DNA of 64,000 bases from assembly GCA_000165425.1 (NCBI GenBank), contig CT868552.1, forward strand, positions 124,001 to 188,000, in the 5' to 3' direction. Each line of letters starts with the position of its first letter. Position 1 is the first letter of the stretch. The stretch is from Paramecium tetraurelia (lineage: Eukaryota). Positions 40,279 through 53,833 of this stretch are shown here, piece after piece. A model generated the notes under the pieces. That model made no database searches, was not told where the DNA came from, and saw nothing but the letters and a program-made list of their open reading frames with translations. The position numbers and the translations under genes are program-made.

Positions 40279-41245
40279 TTTTGATGCTTAATAATTTTAT
40301 TTAACATATTCAGATCTTCATACGGGTATATGGAATGCTTATTTTGAAATATATAAATAATTCTTTGAAAGTATTTGAAGATTTTAATTACTTGATTACA
40401 TTTTGAAGATTGAATTTTTAGAAAATATCTAATTTATTTGAAAAATAATTATCTGATGATACATATAAAATATTTCATATAATGACGATATCCTAAAACT
40501 CTAACTTAAAAAATGAATATTGTAATTATATTATGTATAGACATTTTACTTATTTAATTTATTACAAATACTACTAATTAGGTTATTGAATTATTCTAAT
40601 CCAAACATTTTAATTATCTCTTCAAAAATTCATTCAATATGTTTAAATCTAAACACAGAAAATCTTAGATATTAAATATTAAATTTTCTATAAAAAAATG
40701 CTATTTAAATTAATAATAATAGACAAAATTCAATAAATTTATAAATATCAATATCAGAAATTCAAGCCAGGATCTACTAATTAAGAATAAGAATAAAGTT
40801 AGATCAGTTTTTAAGATATTTCTAATTTGAATTTAAGTTTCTTAATTTATAGGAGAGCGGTAAAGATAACACATGGGGGGAAAAGAAATTTGAAGGGTTA
40901 AAGGAGAAATGTAATAATCCCAAATAATATTAAGAGGATTCTGATAAAGGTGGAAAATGCAAAATTTCAATTTATCAATATTTAATTGATGTATATTAAA
41001 ATTTAGATCATAAATAACTTCATAATTTAAAGGATTGCTAAATTAGTTTAAAAATTTAATGATCATGCATATTTTTAATATTAATTTATTAACTTTATCT
41101 ATTATTCTTTAAGTATTCAAAGAGGTTCAACTAGTATATATGCATAATTTAGTTCTCTTTCTTATCTCTTCGATTTAATTCAATCAGAATTACTTCTATG
41201 TCTATAATTATGTATGATGAAATTTATAAAGATTTCCTTTTATTA

Positions 41246-44012
41246 ATGAATAAATTTAAAACTGCGATCAAGGTACGTTTGTATATAAATAGTATAGTTT
41301 GGGAAAATCAGGGTGCTTAATGTCGCAGAGAAGCCATCTGTTGCAAGGTCTATAGCAACTGTACTTGCTCGAGATCACACAATAGAAGAAACCAAATCTC
41401 CATATAACAAATTATTCAAATTCAATTTTAAGCTTGGAGAATAAGATGCGGAGATGTGGATGACATCTGTTACAGGACATTTAAAGAATTTGAAATACCC
41501 TAAGTAATATTAAAAATGGGATAAATGGGATCCTCTAATTATATTAAAAGATGCAGAAATTGAAAATGTTATTTCTTATGAAAAGAGTATCATATGCAGC
41601 TAAAACTAGGATTTTTGGAGGAGAATTTATAGCGTTTTGCAAAATAATGTAGTCAATTGATCCTCTGGTTGGATTGTGATAGAGAAGGTGAAAATATTGC
41701 ATTTGAAGTTCTGGAAGTTTGTAAGGCTACAAACCCATAAATAAAAGTACATCGAGCTCATTTTTCAGCAGTCACATATGTCGATATTAAAAAAGTAGTG
41801 TTTAGATCATAATTTTATATTTTAGGCATTAGAGAATTTACAATAGCCAGATGAAAATTTGTCAAATTCTGTACTTGCTAGACAGGAAATTGATCTAAGG
41901 ATAGGAGCTTCGTTTACTAGATTTCAGACTCTACTATTATAATAGCAATTCAATTTGTCTTCCATAGTAAGTTATGGTCCATGTTAAATACCTACATTAG
42001 GATTTGTTGTCTAAAGATAGAAGGAGATTGATTCATTTGTAAAGGAGAAGTTCTGGTTTATTTAATGCGTAGATTAAACTGGATGTGAATATAATTGGAG
42101 TAGAGGGAATATTTTTGATGAAATGATAGTATTGTTATTATTTGAAAGATGCTTTACAGAATAAGCATAAGTAACTGATGTATAATAAAAAGAAGTATAA
42201 AAATGGAAACCATATCCTTTATCAACAATTGAGTTTGAAAAATTAGCTTCAAGAAAACTTAAAGTATCAGCACATAAAGCAATGGATCTAGCTGAAAAAT
42301 TATATAATAGAGGTTATATTAGTTATCCCAGAACTGAAACCAATAAATTCCCACCGACTATTAACTTATAAAATATTATAAGGGATCAGATTAACCATCC
42401 TGTATGGGGACAATATGCATAAAACTTAATTCATTCAAACTTTGATTAACCTAGAGCTGGAAATAAAGATGATAAGGCTCATCCTCCAATACATCCAGTT
42501 AAAATGATGTCTGAATCAGATGCTCAAACCACATAGGAATGGGATATTTATTAACTAATTACAAGACATTTCTTAGCATGCTGCTCTAAGAATGCAAAAG
42601 GATCTGAAACTACAATTAATTTATAAGTAAAAGAGGAATCCTTCTACAAACAGGGTTTGATTATTACTGAAAAGAATTTCTTAGAAATTTATCCTTATGA
42701 TGAATGGTCATAATCATCAGTTCCAAAATATAATATAGGGGATATAATCTAAATAAACTTAAAAGTTCAAAATGGTAAAACATCTCCTCCTAAACCATTA
42801 ACCGAAGCAGAATTAATTGGAATGATGGATAAAAATGGCATTGGAACTGATGCAACCATTCATGAACATATTAATACTATTTAAGAAAGAGATTATGCAA
42901 TTAAAAAGGGTTAAATTATCAAGCCAACAAAACTAGGGTTAGCATTAGTTGAATCCTATGAGGTACTAGGTTTTACACTACATAAACCACATTTAAGAGC
43001 ACTAATGGAATAAAGAATGAATGAAGTAGCATAGGGAGTTAAATAGAAAAATGAAATAGTAGAAGCAACAATTAAAGAAATGAGTGGAATATTATAGGAA
43101 TTATAATAAAAAAAAAATTTGATCATATAGACCTTTGGATAATATTTAGAAGCTTTAAAGGATTATGATGAAAATAATGATGATGAAAATCCTCAAAATA
43201 GGGAACCCAATTAATAATTATAATAACAATAATAAAGAAATAAACCAACAAAAAAGGAATAATAATAATAATAGCAATAATAATAATAAAACTTTTAGTA
43301 AAAATGTAATACATGCGGTACTTAGCTTGTAGAAATTAAATAAACAAATGGATCAATACTAGAGGTATGCTTACAATGCAGATAAGCTCAAGAAAAATCT
43401 TAACCTACTAATACTTCTAACTTCCAGACAAAAACTTTCAAAACATAAACCAATCATAATAATGAAGAAACTTTCAAATGTAATTAGTGTCATAAATAAA
43501 TGAAAATTAGATAATCAAAAATAAAGAATTCTTATTTTTTTGGTTGTCTGGGCTATCCTTAATGTAATTAGGCGATATTCTTACCTGATTCTATCAAATC
43601 AATATAAAGGACAGAAAAAAAATGTAAGAAGTGTAATTCAATTCTATTTCAAACAGAATACTCTGAGAATTCCACTTTATAACAAAAATCTCAGTTGCTC
43701 TGTCTATTTCCTGGTTGTTCTGAAGGTTTGAAAACTGAATGGAGAAATTAAAGCAAAGAATCTTAATAAACAAATCTAAACTATTCGAAAACAAAATAGG
43801 GTTACATTAAACAGTAAGTTTAATGCAAAAAATGTAATGGTTTTGGACATCTAGAAGATGTGTGTAATAATAATACTAAAACCATGATTTCCTTAATAGA
43901 GACCAATTAAGAGGATAAAAAAGATAAACTCTGCCCTTCATGTGGTGTTACAGGTAGACATCCAAAAGGTTCCACTTGCCCTATGAAAAGAGTGAAGAAG
44001 AAAAATTAATGA
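41246..44012 (+). CDS. TOP3A: DNA topoisomerase III alpha (type IA)
   Basis: [82 protein letters not shown]-terminal C4 Zn ribbon ([10 protein letters not shown]) and Zn knuckles. Confidence 0.96.
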
Positions 44013-44554
44013 TCTCTCTTTAAATTATGTGTTTAAATTATAGCCTCATATCAGTTTATCATTAAATATCATAATATAAATTATTTCAAATCTTATGCTA
44101 TTCAAGTATTTTTTTAAGCTTCTATTAAGGTAATCCCCTTCAAATTTGATTATAATATCCTTAAAATTTTAATTAAGAATATTATTGAAAGAAAATCGAA
44201 AAAACATTATATCAATTTTGTAAAGGAAACTTAGTAGAGCAAATAAGAAATAAATTATCTTTGAATTTAGATATAAAATCTTAATAAAATTTCATTTGAT
44301 TAAACCACTTTAATAAATTAAATTGGACTATAGTTTTTAAGAGCTTAGAGTGATAGATGAATATGGATTAGAGAAATATAGAAATTTCAATGACTTAATA
44401 ATTTTTAAGAATAACCTGGATGCTATGATTTTCTGATGAACTCTAGTAATTTTCAATAAAATAGAGTTAGCAGAAAAATTATATTTTATGTATATGCATT
44501 TGCAATAAATACTTAACTTCAGATTATTACAATATATAGTAATTTACATATTTA

Positions 44555-44953
44555 TCACTTGAATTATCTAACCTCAGACTTATCTTGAGATTTTGAATAA
44601 ATCTATAGGGTATAAAATGACTTGCAGGGTTTTCTGTCAATCATTTATAATTTATTTTGTCGTTTATTAATCGTGAATTGTAAATTATAGATAGCAGGCT
44701 ATCTTTATGAATTTATTTTAGTTTAAGGAATATGTGTTTTTTCATTTGTCTCAAAAACAAAATAATCTGTGTATTCAGTTTTAATTTAAAGTTTATGTTG
44801 TCTTGCCTTTTGAATTCTCGAATCAAGAGGTGCTCTTATTCCTTCAATGTAAATTCCGCTAGGGCGTTTTGACTTGGACATTGAACTGAAACTTCGTTTT
44901 TGGAGCAAGCAATCAAATAAATTTTTTCTACCCCTTAAAGGAGTTTGCTGCAT
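44555..44953 (-). CDS. Small basic hypothetical protein (132 aa)
   Basis: MQQTPLRGRKNLFDCLLQKRS...VRQFK*; 399 nt in frame. Confidence 0.55.
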
Positions 44954-45137
44954 AAATTAATATATAATCCCATAAATTTTAAATACAGAAAAGGTATATT
45001 AAATGAAGTGTTAGATAATTAAATAATGAATGTGATGAAATTTGATAGGGACATCTGCTTATTGTGATGAACATATCTTGCTAGCCCTGACTAAATATAT
45101 TATTTATTTTTTATTGAATTTAAAATAATATATATTT

Positions 45138-46308
45138 ATGATAAAAATAATACTTGGATTGGTGATCCTAGTCAGCGTAGTAGCTTAAGATGCAATCATA
45201 TGTAGTGGATTCATTCGAATTCTAAAGGCAGACAGATAAGATATAAATGTCAATCAAATTGAAATGAAACTTTTAGGATCCAATAATTAATTCATTGATT
45301 ATATAGAAATATCTGAAAATGGGTTCTATTCTATAGAAATTGAAGATGATGGCACTCCACTAATTGATTACGTTGTCTTCATTCAACCAAAAGTTAAAGG
45401 ATTTGTGGCCAGTCCAAGTTAAATTAATTTAAAATTCCAATCAAAAACATTTGATGAGGCAAGCTCTTTTTGTAATAAACAATTGAATTTCTCTATAAAG
45501 AGAGCACCAGTGGAAGAGCCAAAATAATAATAACAATAATAATAATAATAGGAATAACAACAACACAGGGAATAATAATAACAAAAAGAATAATAATAAT
45601 AATAACAATAACAACAAGAAATAACTTAAACTTAAGAAGAAAAAATTGAATAGTAATAACAATAAGTAGAAATAGATTAAAATATTGAATATATTGTTAG
45701 TAAGACTAATGATTAAGATTATAATTAAAATTATGATGAGAAGTAAGATAATGAATAAGGAAAAGAATAAATATAACCAGATGAAATATAGGAGGAATTA
45801 TTGAATGAAGATATTGATGAAAAATCATTTGATCATTTTAGATTGATTGGATAAATAGTTTTTGAGGGAGATTTCACTTTAACAGAAAAAAATTTATACT
45901 TCATTAAATCATTTAAAGTTTTTGATAATTTGGATGGTATTATATTTAATTTAATTTTCTAGAATAAGTACAAGGAAGAACATTAAGTTTCTAAAATTAC
46001 TTTGAAGTAGAAACAAATGAAGCAAAAACTCTTAAATTATAATTGGTTGTCGAGAAAACTAAAGAAAAAGGAGAAAGTGTAAATAAATAAATAAATTTTG
46101 AATAAAAAATTTCAAAGATATCATTGCTCAACAGATAAATAACTGCTCAACCAGTAAGAATGCTATTTATTTTTAGGTTGTATTTGCTATAAAGAAAGAA
46201 ACTCCCTAAAAGGAATAAAATAAAATAGGTTAAGTGTTTGCACCATTATTAATTTTTGGATTAGTTTTGGCTATGTTTAATTATGATAAAATATTAAAAA
46301 AAAAGTGA
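45138..46308 (+). CDS. Miniature nodal modulator (NOMO)-like type I membrane protein
   Basis: Signal peptide, then DAIICSGFIR...INVNQIEMKL...ENGFYSIEI...VVFIQP..GFVASP (NOMO N-terminal pattern); polyQ/acidic linker; C-terminal TM FAPLLIFGLVLAMFNYDKILKKK*. Confidence 0.65.
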
Positions 46309-46442
46309 TTCTATAATATGTATATTTATGTAAAAGCAAATAATAAAATTAATTGTAAAATTAAGATTTAAAAATTAAAATCTTTACTTATTAGTTTGAA
46401 TGTTTTTTATTTTAGTTTTTATATATTTGATAGAAATATAGA

Positions 46443-47914
<1,472 letters not shown>

Positions 47915-47978
47915 TATTAATATTATAAATGTCTCTGGTTAAGTGTATTACTATATTTATATTCAATATCCTATAAAA

Positions 47979-48955
47979 TCAACCGTTTGTAGTTTCTCCA
48001 ATGCCGCAATTCAAACATTCATAAAATTTGGTCGAAGGTTCATCACTAGCCCTGGTTTAAATCTCATTGACCAATTTCATTTATTTTTATCCACAGTTAT
48101 TGCATAAACCCAAGGCTACATCCTTATTGATGGCTTAAGCTATATATTTGTTATGGTTCATATCATTTGCTGATAATATTTCTCTGCCTACTCCACCTGC
48201 TATGGCCAGTCTCTATGAAAATTTAGGTCTATTTAAATACTGTTGCACTAGTCCAATCCTCTGATCTCAATTGAGCGGCTGTTGGTATATCAACCAATCC
48301 TGATAACATTCTATTACGAACACTTCCATCCCTATCATTTTATAGGTACTTTAGAATCTCTCTGATGGCAGTTTAGTATTGTCTCTCTTTATTCAAAAAC
48401 TTTTAGTTAATCTGACATAAACTTAAATCATATACTTCTTTTTCTAATTTCTTACAAAATTTAATGCTTTCCTAATGGGGAGTAGTTTCATTAGTGAATT
48501 TCTGAATTAAAGTCTATAACACTTTGAGTCTTGTAGGATCAAAATTTTAAGGAAGCTCCAATTAATTAATAAAATCATTTTAATTAATTGGAATTGTATT
48601 TGGAATATCGACAGATTACCTTCTGTCTGGGGTTACAGAAATCGGTTATACTTTGTCTTGTTGTACAGGCTTCTCATTTTTCTTCAATTTTTATAATGTT
48701 TCTGTGGCTTTCTCTTTGATTTACTTAAGATCTTATTCACTTAAAGAAGCATCTCCAACTACTTCAATTTAAGTTAGTGTCCTTACAGTTTTGAGGATTT
48801 TGGAGTCAGCAAGGGCCCTAAATATATTATCAACCATACTTCTGATCAATTTTGGGATCCTCTAGTTGATTGAGAATACTAATGACTTATTTTTTTCCAA
48901 ACTTTTTGTATCCATGAAGCTTCTTTCTCATATCTTACAAATCTATTTGATCCAT
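47979..48955 (-). CDS. TFIIS: Transcription elongation factor TFIIS family protein
   Basis: N-terminal helical domain, central domain (DPTRLKVL...KKLEKE), C-terminal Zn ribbon CNNCG...IQTRASDEPSTKFYECLNCG. Confidence 0.9.
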
Positions 48956-49678
48956 TAAGTAATTTTTTTATATTATTATTATTATGAATAATATCTGTAT
49001 TTTATTGGATTAAATAAAACTAGTATATAATTAATTCAGAAATAAATGAATGAATATAATCATATCTATATAATTACTGAACATATGCTTTATGTGATCA
49101 TCTTAGAACTCTTGAAAAATATTGAATCTCAAAATATATTAAATTACAATAAATACACGCGCGGCATCTATTTATTATAAAATATTTGAAAAAATTATGC
49201 AAATAATTTCTCTTTCTAAAAATCTGTTTAATCCATTGGATATCACTTTCGGAATCCAAATAAAAAGTGAGAAATATCAATATATCCTCATATTATGAAT
49301 TCTTTAATTTTATAAAGAAATTTAAATTAGAGCCGCAATTCAAAGTTATTACACTTAAATATCTTTATATTTATATACATTATATCTATAAGATGGATAC
49401 CTAGATTGAAGTTTCTAAAGATGAATAATTAAGAAGTTCAAAGTTTTCATTCTTCGTTATAAAAATATTTTGAATGAGCGAGAAGCTCGTCAGGGATGAA
49501 AAAATTGATTAAAGAGATTCTTCTATGTATGAGGATCGTATAAATAAGTTGGTAGTGCACTTCTTGGAATAAAATAGTAAACATGTTGATAATTTTAGAC
49601 TGGAATTGATGAAAAATAAAAAAGAAGAAAATTGAATAGAGATGCTGTTGGATATGTGTGCTTGATAATTAATATTAA

Positions 49679-50060
49679 TCAGGCTGTGACAACGTCTCCT
49701 CTGACTGTTTCAGCAACAGCGACAGTTTACTCAACCAAGGCAGCAGCGACACCAGCTGAGGTCAAGGCACTTCTCAAATGTCCAATGACGGTGGTGAATT
49801 GGGCGTTTGTGACTCCCATGTTGGCATGGACTTCTTTTAAGTTCTAATTAAATATAAATGTAATTGTTTACTCTTCCTCCCCAAGCCTTTGGTCCTCCGA
49901 GGGCAGCACATAAAAATGAAGCTGTCTTGTTTGTTTAGTCAGCCATATTGATTCCATTGAAGAAATTGGCAACTGTTGCATCAGCTTGGATGTTGGCATA
50001 GAATTATGTTGTGACTGCTGTGACTGCGGCTTCTCCTCCTAATTATTCAAAAAGTGTCAT
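49679..50060 (-). CDS. Truncated (2/2, group I) hemoglobin, 117 aa, one 28-nt intron (49844-49871)
   Basis: [74 protein letters not shown]...RGDVVTA* closely matches Paramecium hemoglobin. Confidence 0.97.
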
Positions 50061-50225
50061 GTTGATTTTGTGGATGTTTTTATTAATCAAAATACAGGAT
50101 ATATTAGATAGTTTTGAACCTTGGAAAATTAAAGATATTTCCTGGTATAAATTAATGAGCCATGTTGCGTATTATAAATATAATTTAGTAAATAAATTAA
50201 ATAGTTTATTTGCTGGTTTATAATA

Positions 50226-51938
50226 TCAAGAAGCTTAATCAGAATTATCTTTAAGATTTTTCATTTTTTCATCTCCAAACAGTCTACCTGAACTTTGCAT
50301 AAGGGGATCCATCATTTCAGATTCAAAAAATCCTACTTTCTCAATTTCGTTTTCTTTATCTGGTGAAGGTGGAGGCAAATATTAATAAATACTGAGTTCA
50401 TCTTCAGGTACCTTATAAGTAGTGAAACTGAACTGACTTTTTTTTGGACATGATTCCAATCTCATAGAACACATATTTGATATTTATTGTTAAGTTTCTT
50501 ACAAGCGAGCTTCTGGCTGTAATTCCATAGAATGTAGATTGATTATCAATTATTATGAACCTAACAAAATTGATTATTATCGTTTATTGTGTCTCTATTT
50601 CAGAATTAATCTGGGATCATTCTTTCGATGATTTAATCTTTTCAAAAGACTCCTCTGACTTTCTAATAGCTTTTAATCTTCACTAAACCATCCATGTTTC
50701 AAAGCTGTATCAGGATGAGGTCTCAAAGCCCAATCTTTTTACAATAATTGGGTAATGAGATCTCTGGCTTCATCTGATACTCCTTCAAATAACTCAACTG
50801 GGAAACTTATCTTAGCTTCTTTTATGTTATCAATTAAGTCATTGAGACTAATATTATATACGATTATATACTAATCTGCATTGAATGGCAATTATCCTGA
50901 CAACATGGAATATAAAATGCAACCTGCACTCCACATATCAACCATCTAACTAATAGTTTATCAATGATCTATTTACTTGTATCCTTCTCCTGTGAAGATT
51001 TCAGGAGCAGAAAATGCCACTGTTCCAGTATATGTCCACATTTCAATTTTCTCTCTGTCTTTCAAATCTCCAAATTCCTTATATGAATCACTGAATTTGC
51101 TAACATTAAAGTCTGTCACTTTGATTAACTTTTTATCTAATAACAAAATGATTAGTACTATTTACACAAAGAATATTGTTTGGTTTAAGATCTCTATGAC
51201 AAATACCATTTCTATGCATATATTCAATTGCACTTAACAACTATTTAAAGATTTCTTTAGCATCCTCTTCACAATAATGACCCAAAGAATTTAAAACTTC
51301 AAACATTTCCTATCCTTCAATCAGTTCCATTACTACATAGGCTTTACTTTCAGATTGAAAGCTATTATCAAAATCAACATATAATTTATGCACTTTAACG
51401 ATGTTTTCATGTGACAACTTAATTAGTCTTTAAAACTCAATGATCATCTAAAATTTCAATCTAATGTTACATTTCTAATTATTTCATCATCCTGAGTCTA
51501 AACAATCTTCACGGCATACAGATTTTAAGTAGTCTTATGAATAATCTTTTTAACCAATCCTAAACACCCTTCTCCCAATACTTCTAACATGTCATAATTC
51601 TAGTGAAATTCTTTAGTATTTGGACAGATGAATTCAGAATCAATTGAGTTTATTTCTATATCTAATTTTTTGCCTAAATCTTGCAATTCTTCTATTTGAT
51701 CCTTAGTAATAGGCAGAGGTTTATTTAAAATGTGCAATATCTAACCTACATGCTATTTAAATGCAATACCTCTTAAATTATTTTTGATACGATCTCGGTT
51801 ATTTTATACTTATTATTATTGAGGGTCTTCCTATTGTGTTTTAAGAAAGGTAAATCTACCACTCGGTTTCTTTTCCATTCTTGCTCTGAGAATTTCATTT
51901 GGAGAGTCTCGTTTTTGGGTGGAAGGACTCAAATGCAT
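50226..51938 (-). CDS. Ser/Thr protein kinase, CAMK-like with DFN motif
   Basis: LGEGCLGLVK, YAVK, ICHRDLKPNN, VTDFNVSKF, TYTGTVAFSAPE, DMWSAG. Confidence 0.92.
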
Positions 51939-52096
51939 AAATTAATAATTATAATTTGATTATAGCTTAACACTCAAGTATTATTATAGCTTAAAATTTG
52001 ACTAAGTTGAGAATATTATATTGAACTATGTGATTGATGAATCTACAAATAATCAAGAATTTAATTTATGAGTAAAATCAATAATTAAAGTGTGCA

Positions 52097-53783
52097 ATGA
52101 AGGTTGATGATATCAACAAAACTATGATAAAGGATAGTGAGATGAGTGATGAAGAGGAGAAAGAGGTAGAGCCTAAATAATCTAAATTGAAATATGTAAT
52201 AATGATTCTTGGGTGTTTGTTAATGTTTGGAAATAATTATTCATTTGATAATCCATAAGCACTTCAAAAATAATTAACATAAGATTTAGGTATATCCATT
52301 TCAAATTATAACTTGTTGTATTCTGCATTCTCATTTCCAAATATATTTTTAACTCTCATTGGGGGATTTATTATAGATTTTTTGGGTAAAAATTCAATAT
52401 CAATTTAAGGTGTAAGATTTGGGATCGTTCTGTTTAGTGCGATAGTAGCAGTGGCTTAAATGATAGTAGCATTGGGAGGAGCATTTAAAATCTTCTGGAT
52501 CATGTTAGTAGGAAGAATAATATTTGGATGCGCATCTGAAAATTTAGTAATTGCTTAAGCAGCTATCATCTGTAAATGGTTTAGAGGAAAAGAACTATCG
52601 ACTGTACTTACTATTTCTAATCCTCAATTTAGGCTATTGGTTATATCATGACGGTACCTGAATTAGCTAGTGCTGCTAACTCTTTACTTACTCCTATACT
52701 CTATGAATAATATGAGGGTTTAGCCTATCCGCTGTTTTTTAGTGTGATTTTGTGTGTCTTTTCGTTTATATGCGCAGTAGTCTTGTGTATTTTAGATAAA
52801 ACGAATGAAATGAATAAATTGAGTATTTATTTATAATAAGAAGAGGGATAATTTATAATTGAAGAATAAGAAGAAGAAGCAGGTGAAGGTGAAGAACAGA
52901 AGGATGATATAGAAAGAGTGTCATTTAAAGATATTAAAAATTTGAATGGAACATTTTGGATTCTAGTCTTGATTTGCACTTTAACTTTAGGATCTTATAC
53001 TCCATTTTTGGATGATGCCAATGATTTTTTATAGGAAAAATTTGAATTCACGAATGTTTAAGCAGGAAAAGTGTTGACTATCCCATATTTAATGGCAGGT
53101 ATTTTTGAGACAATTTAGCAATTACCAGTCCCTTTTTTGGGCCATACATAGACAAAGTTGGAAAAAGAAGAAAATTCATTTTAATAACCTGTGTTCTATT
53201 CACCTTAACTCATTTTGCATTTGGAATAATGCCAAATGGTTAACATGGATAACCTAATTGGTTTTCAGTTATACCTTTGATGTTTTTGGGAACCAGTTAT
53301 GCTCTCTATTCTTGTGTGTTAATTCCATCTATTTAATACATAGTTGCAGAGAAAGTGGTTGGGACAGCATTTGGTTTATTAGGAATGTTTGAGAGTGTTG
53401 CCTTGGCCTTCTTTCCAATTTTAGCAGGCTTTATTGTTGAGAAATCGGATGATCCATAATAAGGATATTCAAATGTAGGATTCTTCTTTTCAGGAATTTC
53501 CATTTTTGGAATCATATTTACGCTTTCCTTATATATATTTGATAAGAAGAGTTCAATGGTTCTAGATTTTGTGAATCCTGAGGATCCTTCAGATTTGGAG
53601 CAGAAAATGCTTAGAACAACTAAATCTGATTCAAGCAGTGATGAAGAGGATGATGAGTCGAGCGATGAAGATTCTGAGGATGATTAATTTAAGAAGAAAA
53701 AAGTGTGTAAGAGTTACTCCAGTTTAAAGAGCAAGAAGCTATTAACATCTCCTTAATTGAGAACTAGAAGTTTATACAATTGA
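52097..53783 (+). CDS. MFS transporter, MFSD1-like
   Basis: FGNNYSFDNPQAL, YNLLYSAFSFPNI, MLVGRIIFG, KWFRGKELS, SPFFGPYIDKVGKR; about 12 TM segments. Confidence 0.9.
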
Positions 53784-53833
53784 TATATAGGTTATTCATA
53801 TATTTGATATTCATCCATTTATTATTATAAATA

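Noticed and set aside
40300..41240. Unusually long spacer of about 1 kb (others at 5320-6070, 30560-31400 and 32470-33120)
   Set aside because: No RNA gene, repeat or convincing ORF recognisable by eye
45441..45662. Poly-Leu minus-strand ORF
   Set aside because: Antisense of a TAA/CAA polyGln tract
49393..49634. Small ORF with in-frame TGA at 49471-49473 (read-through or selenocysteine?)
   Set aside because: No redox motif or visible SECIS; more likely a short gene from 49474 or a remnant
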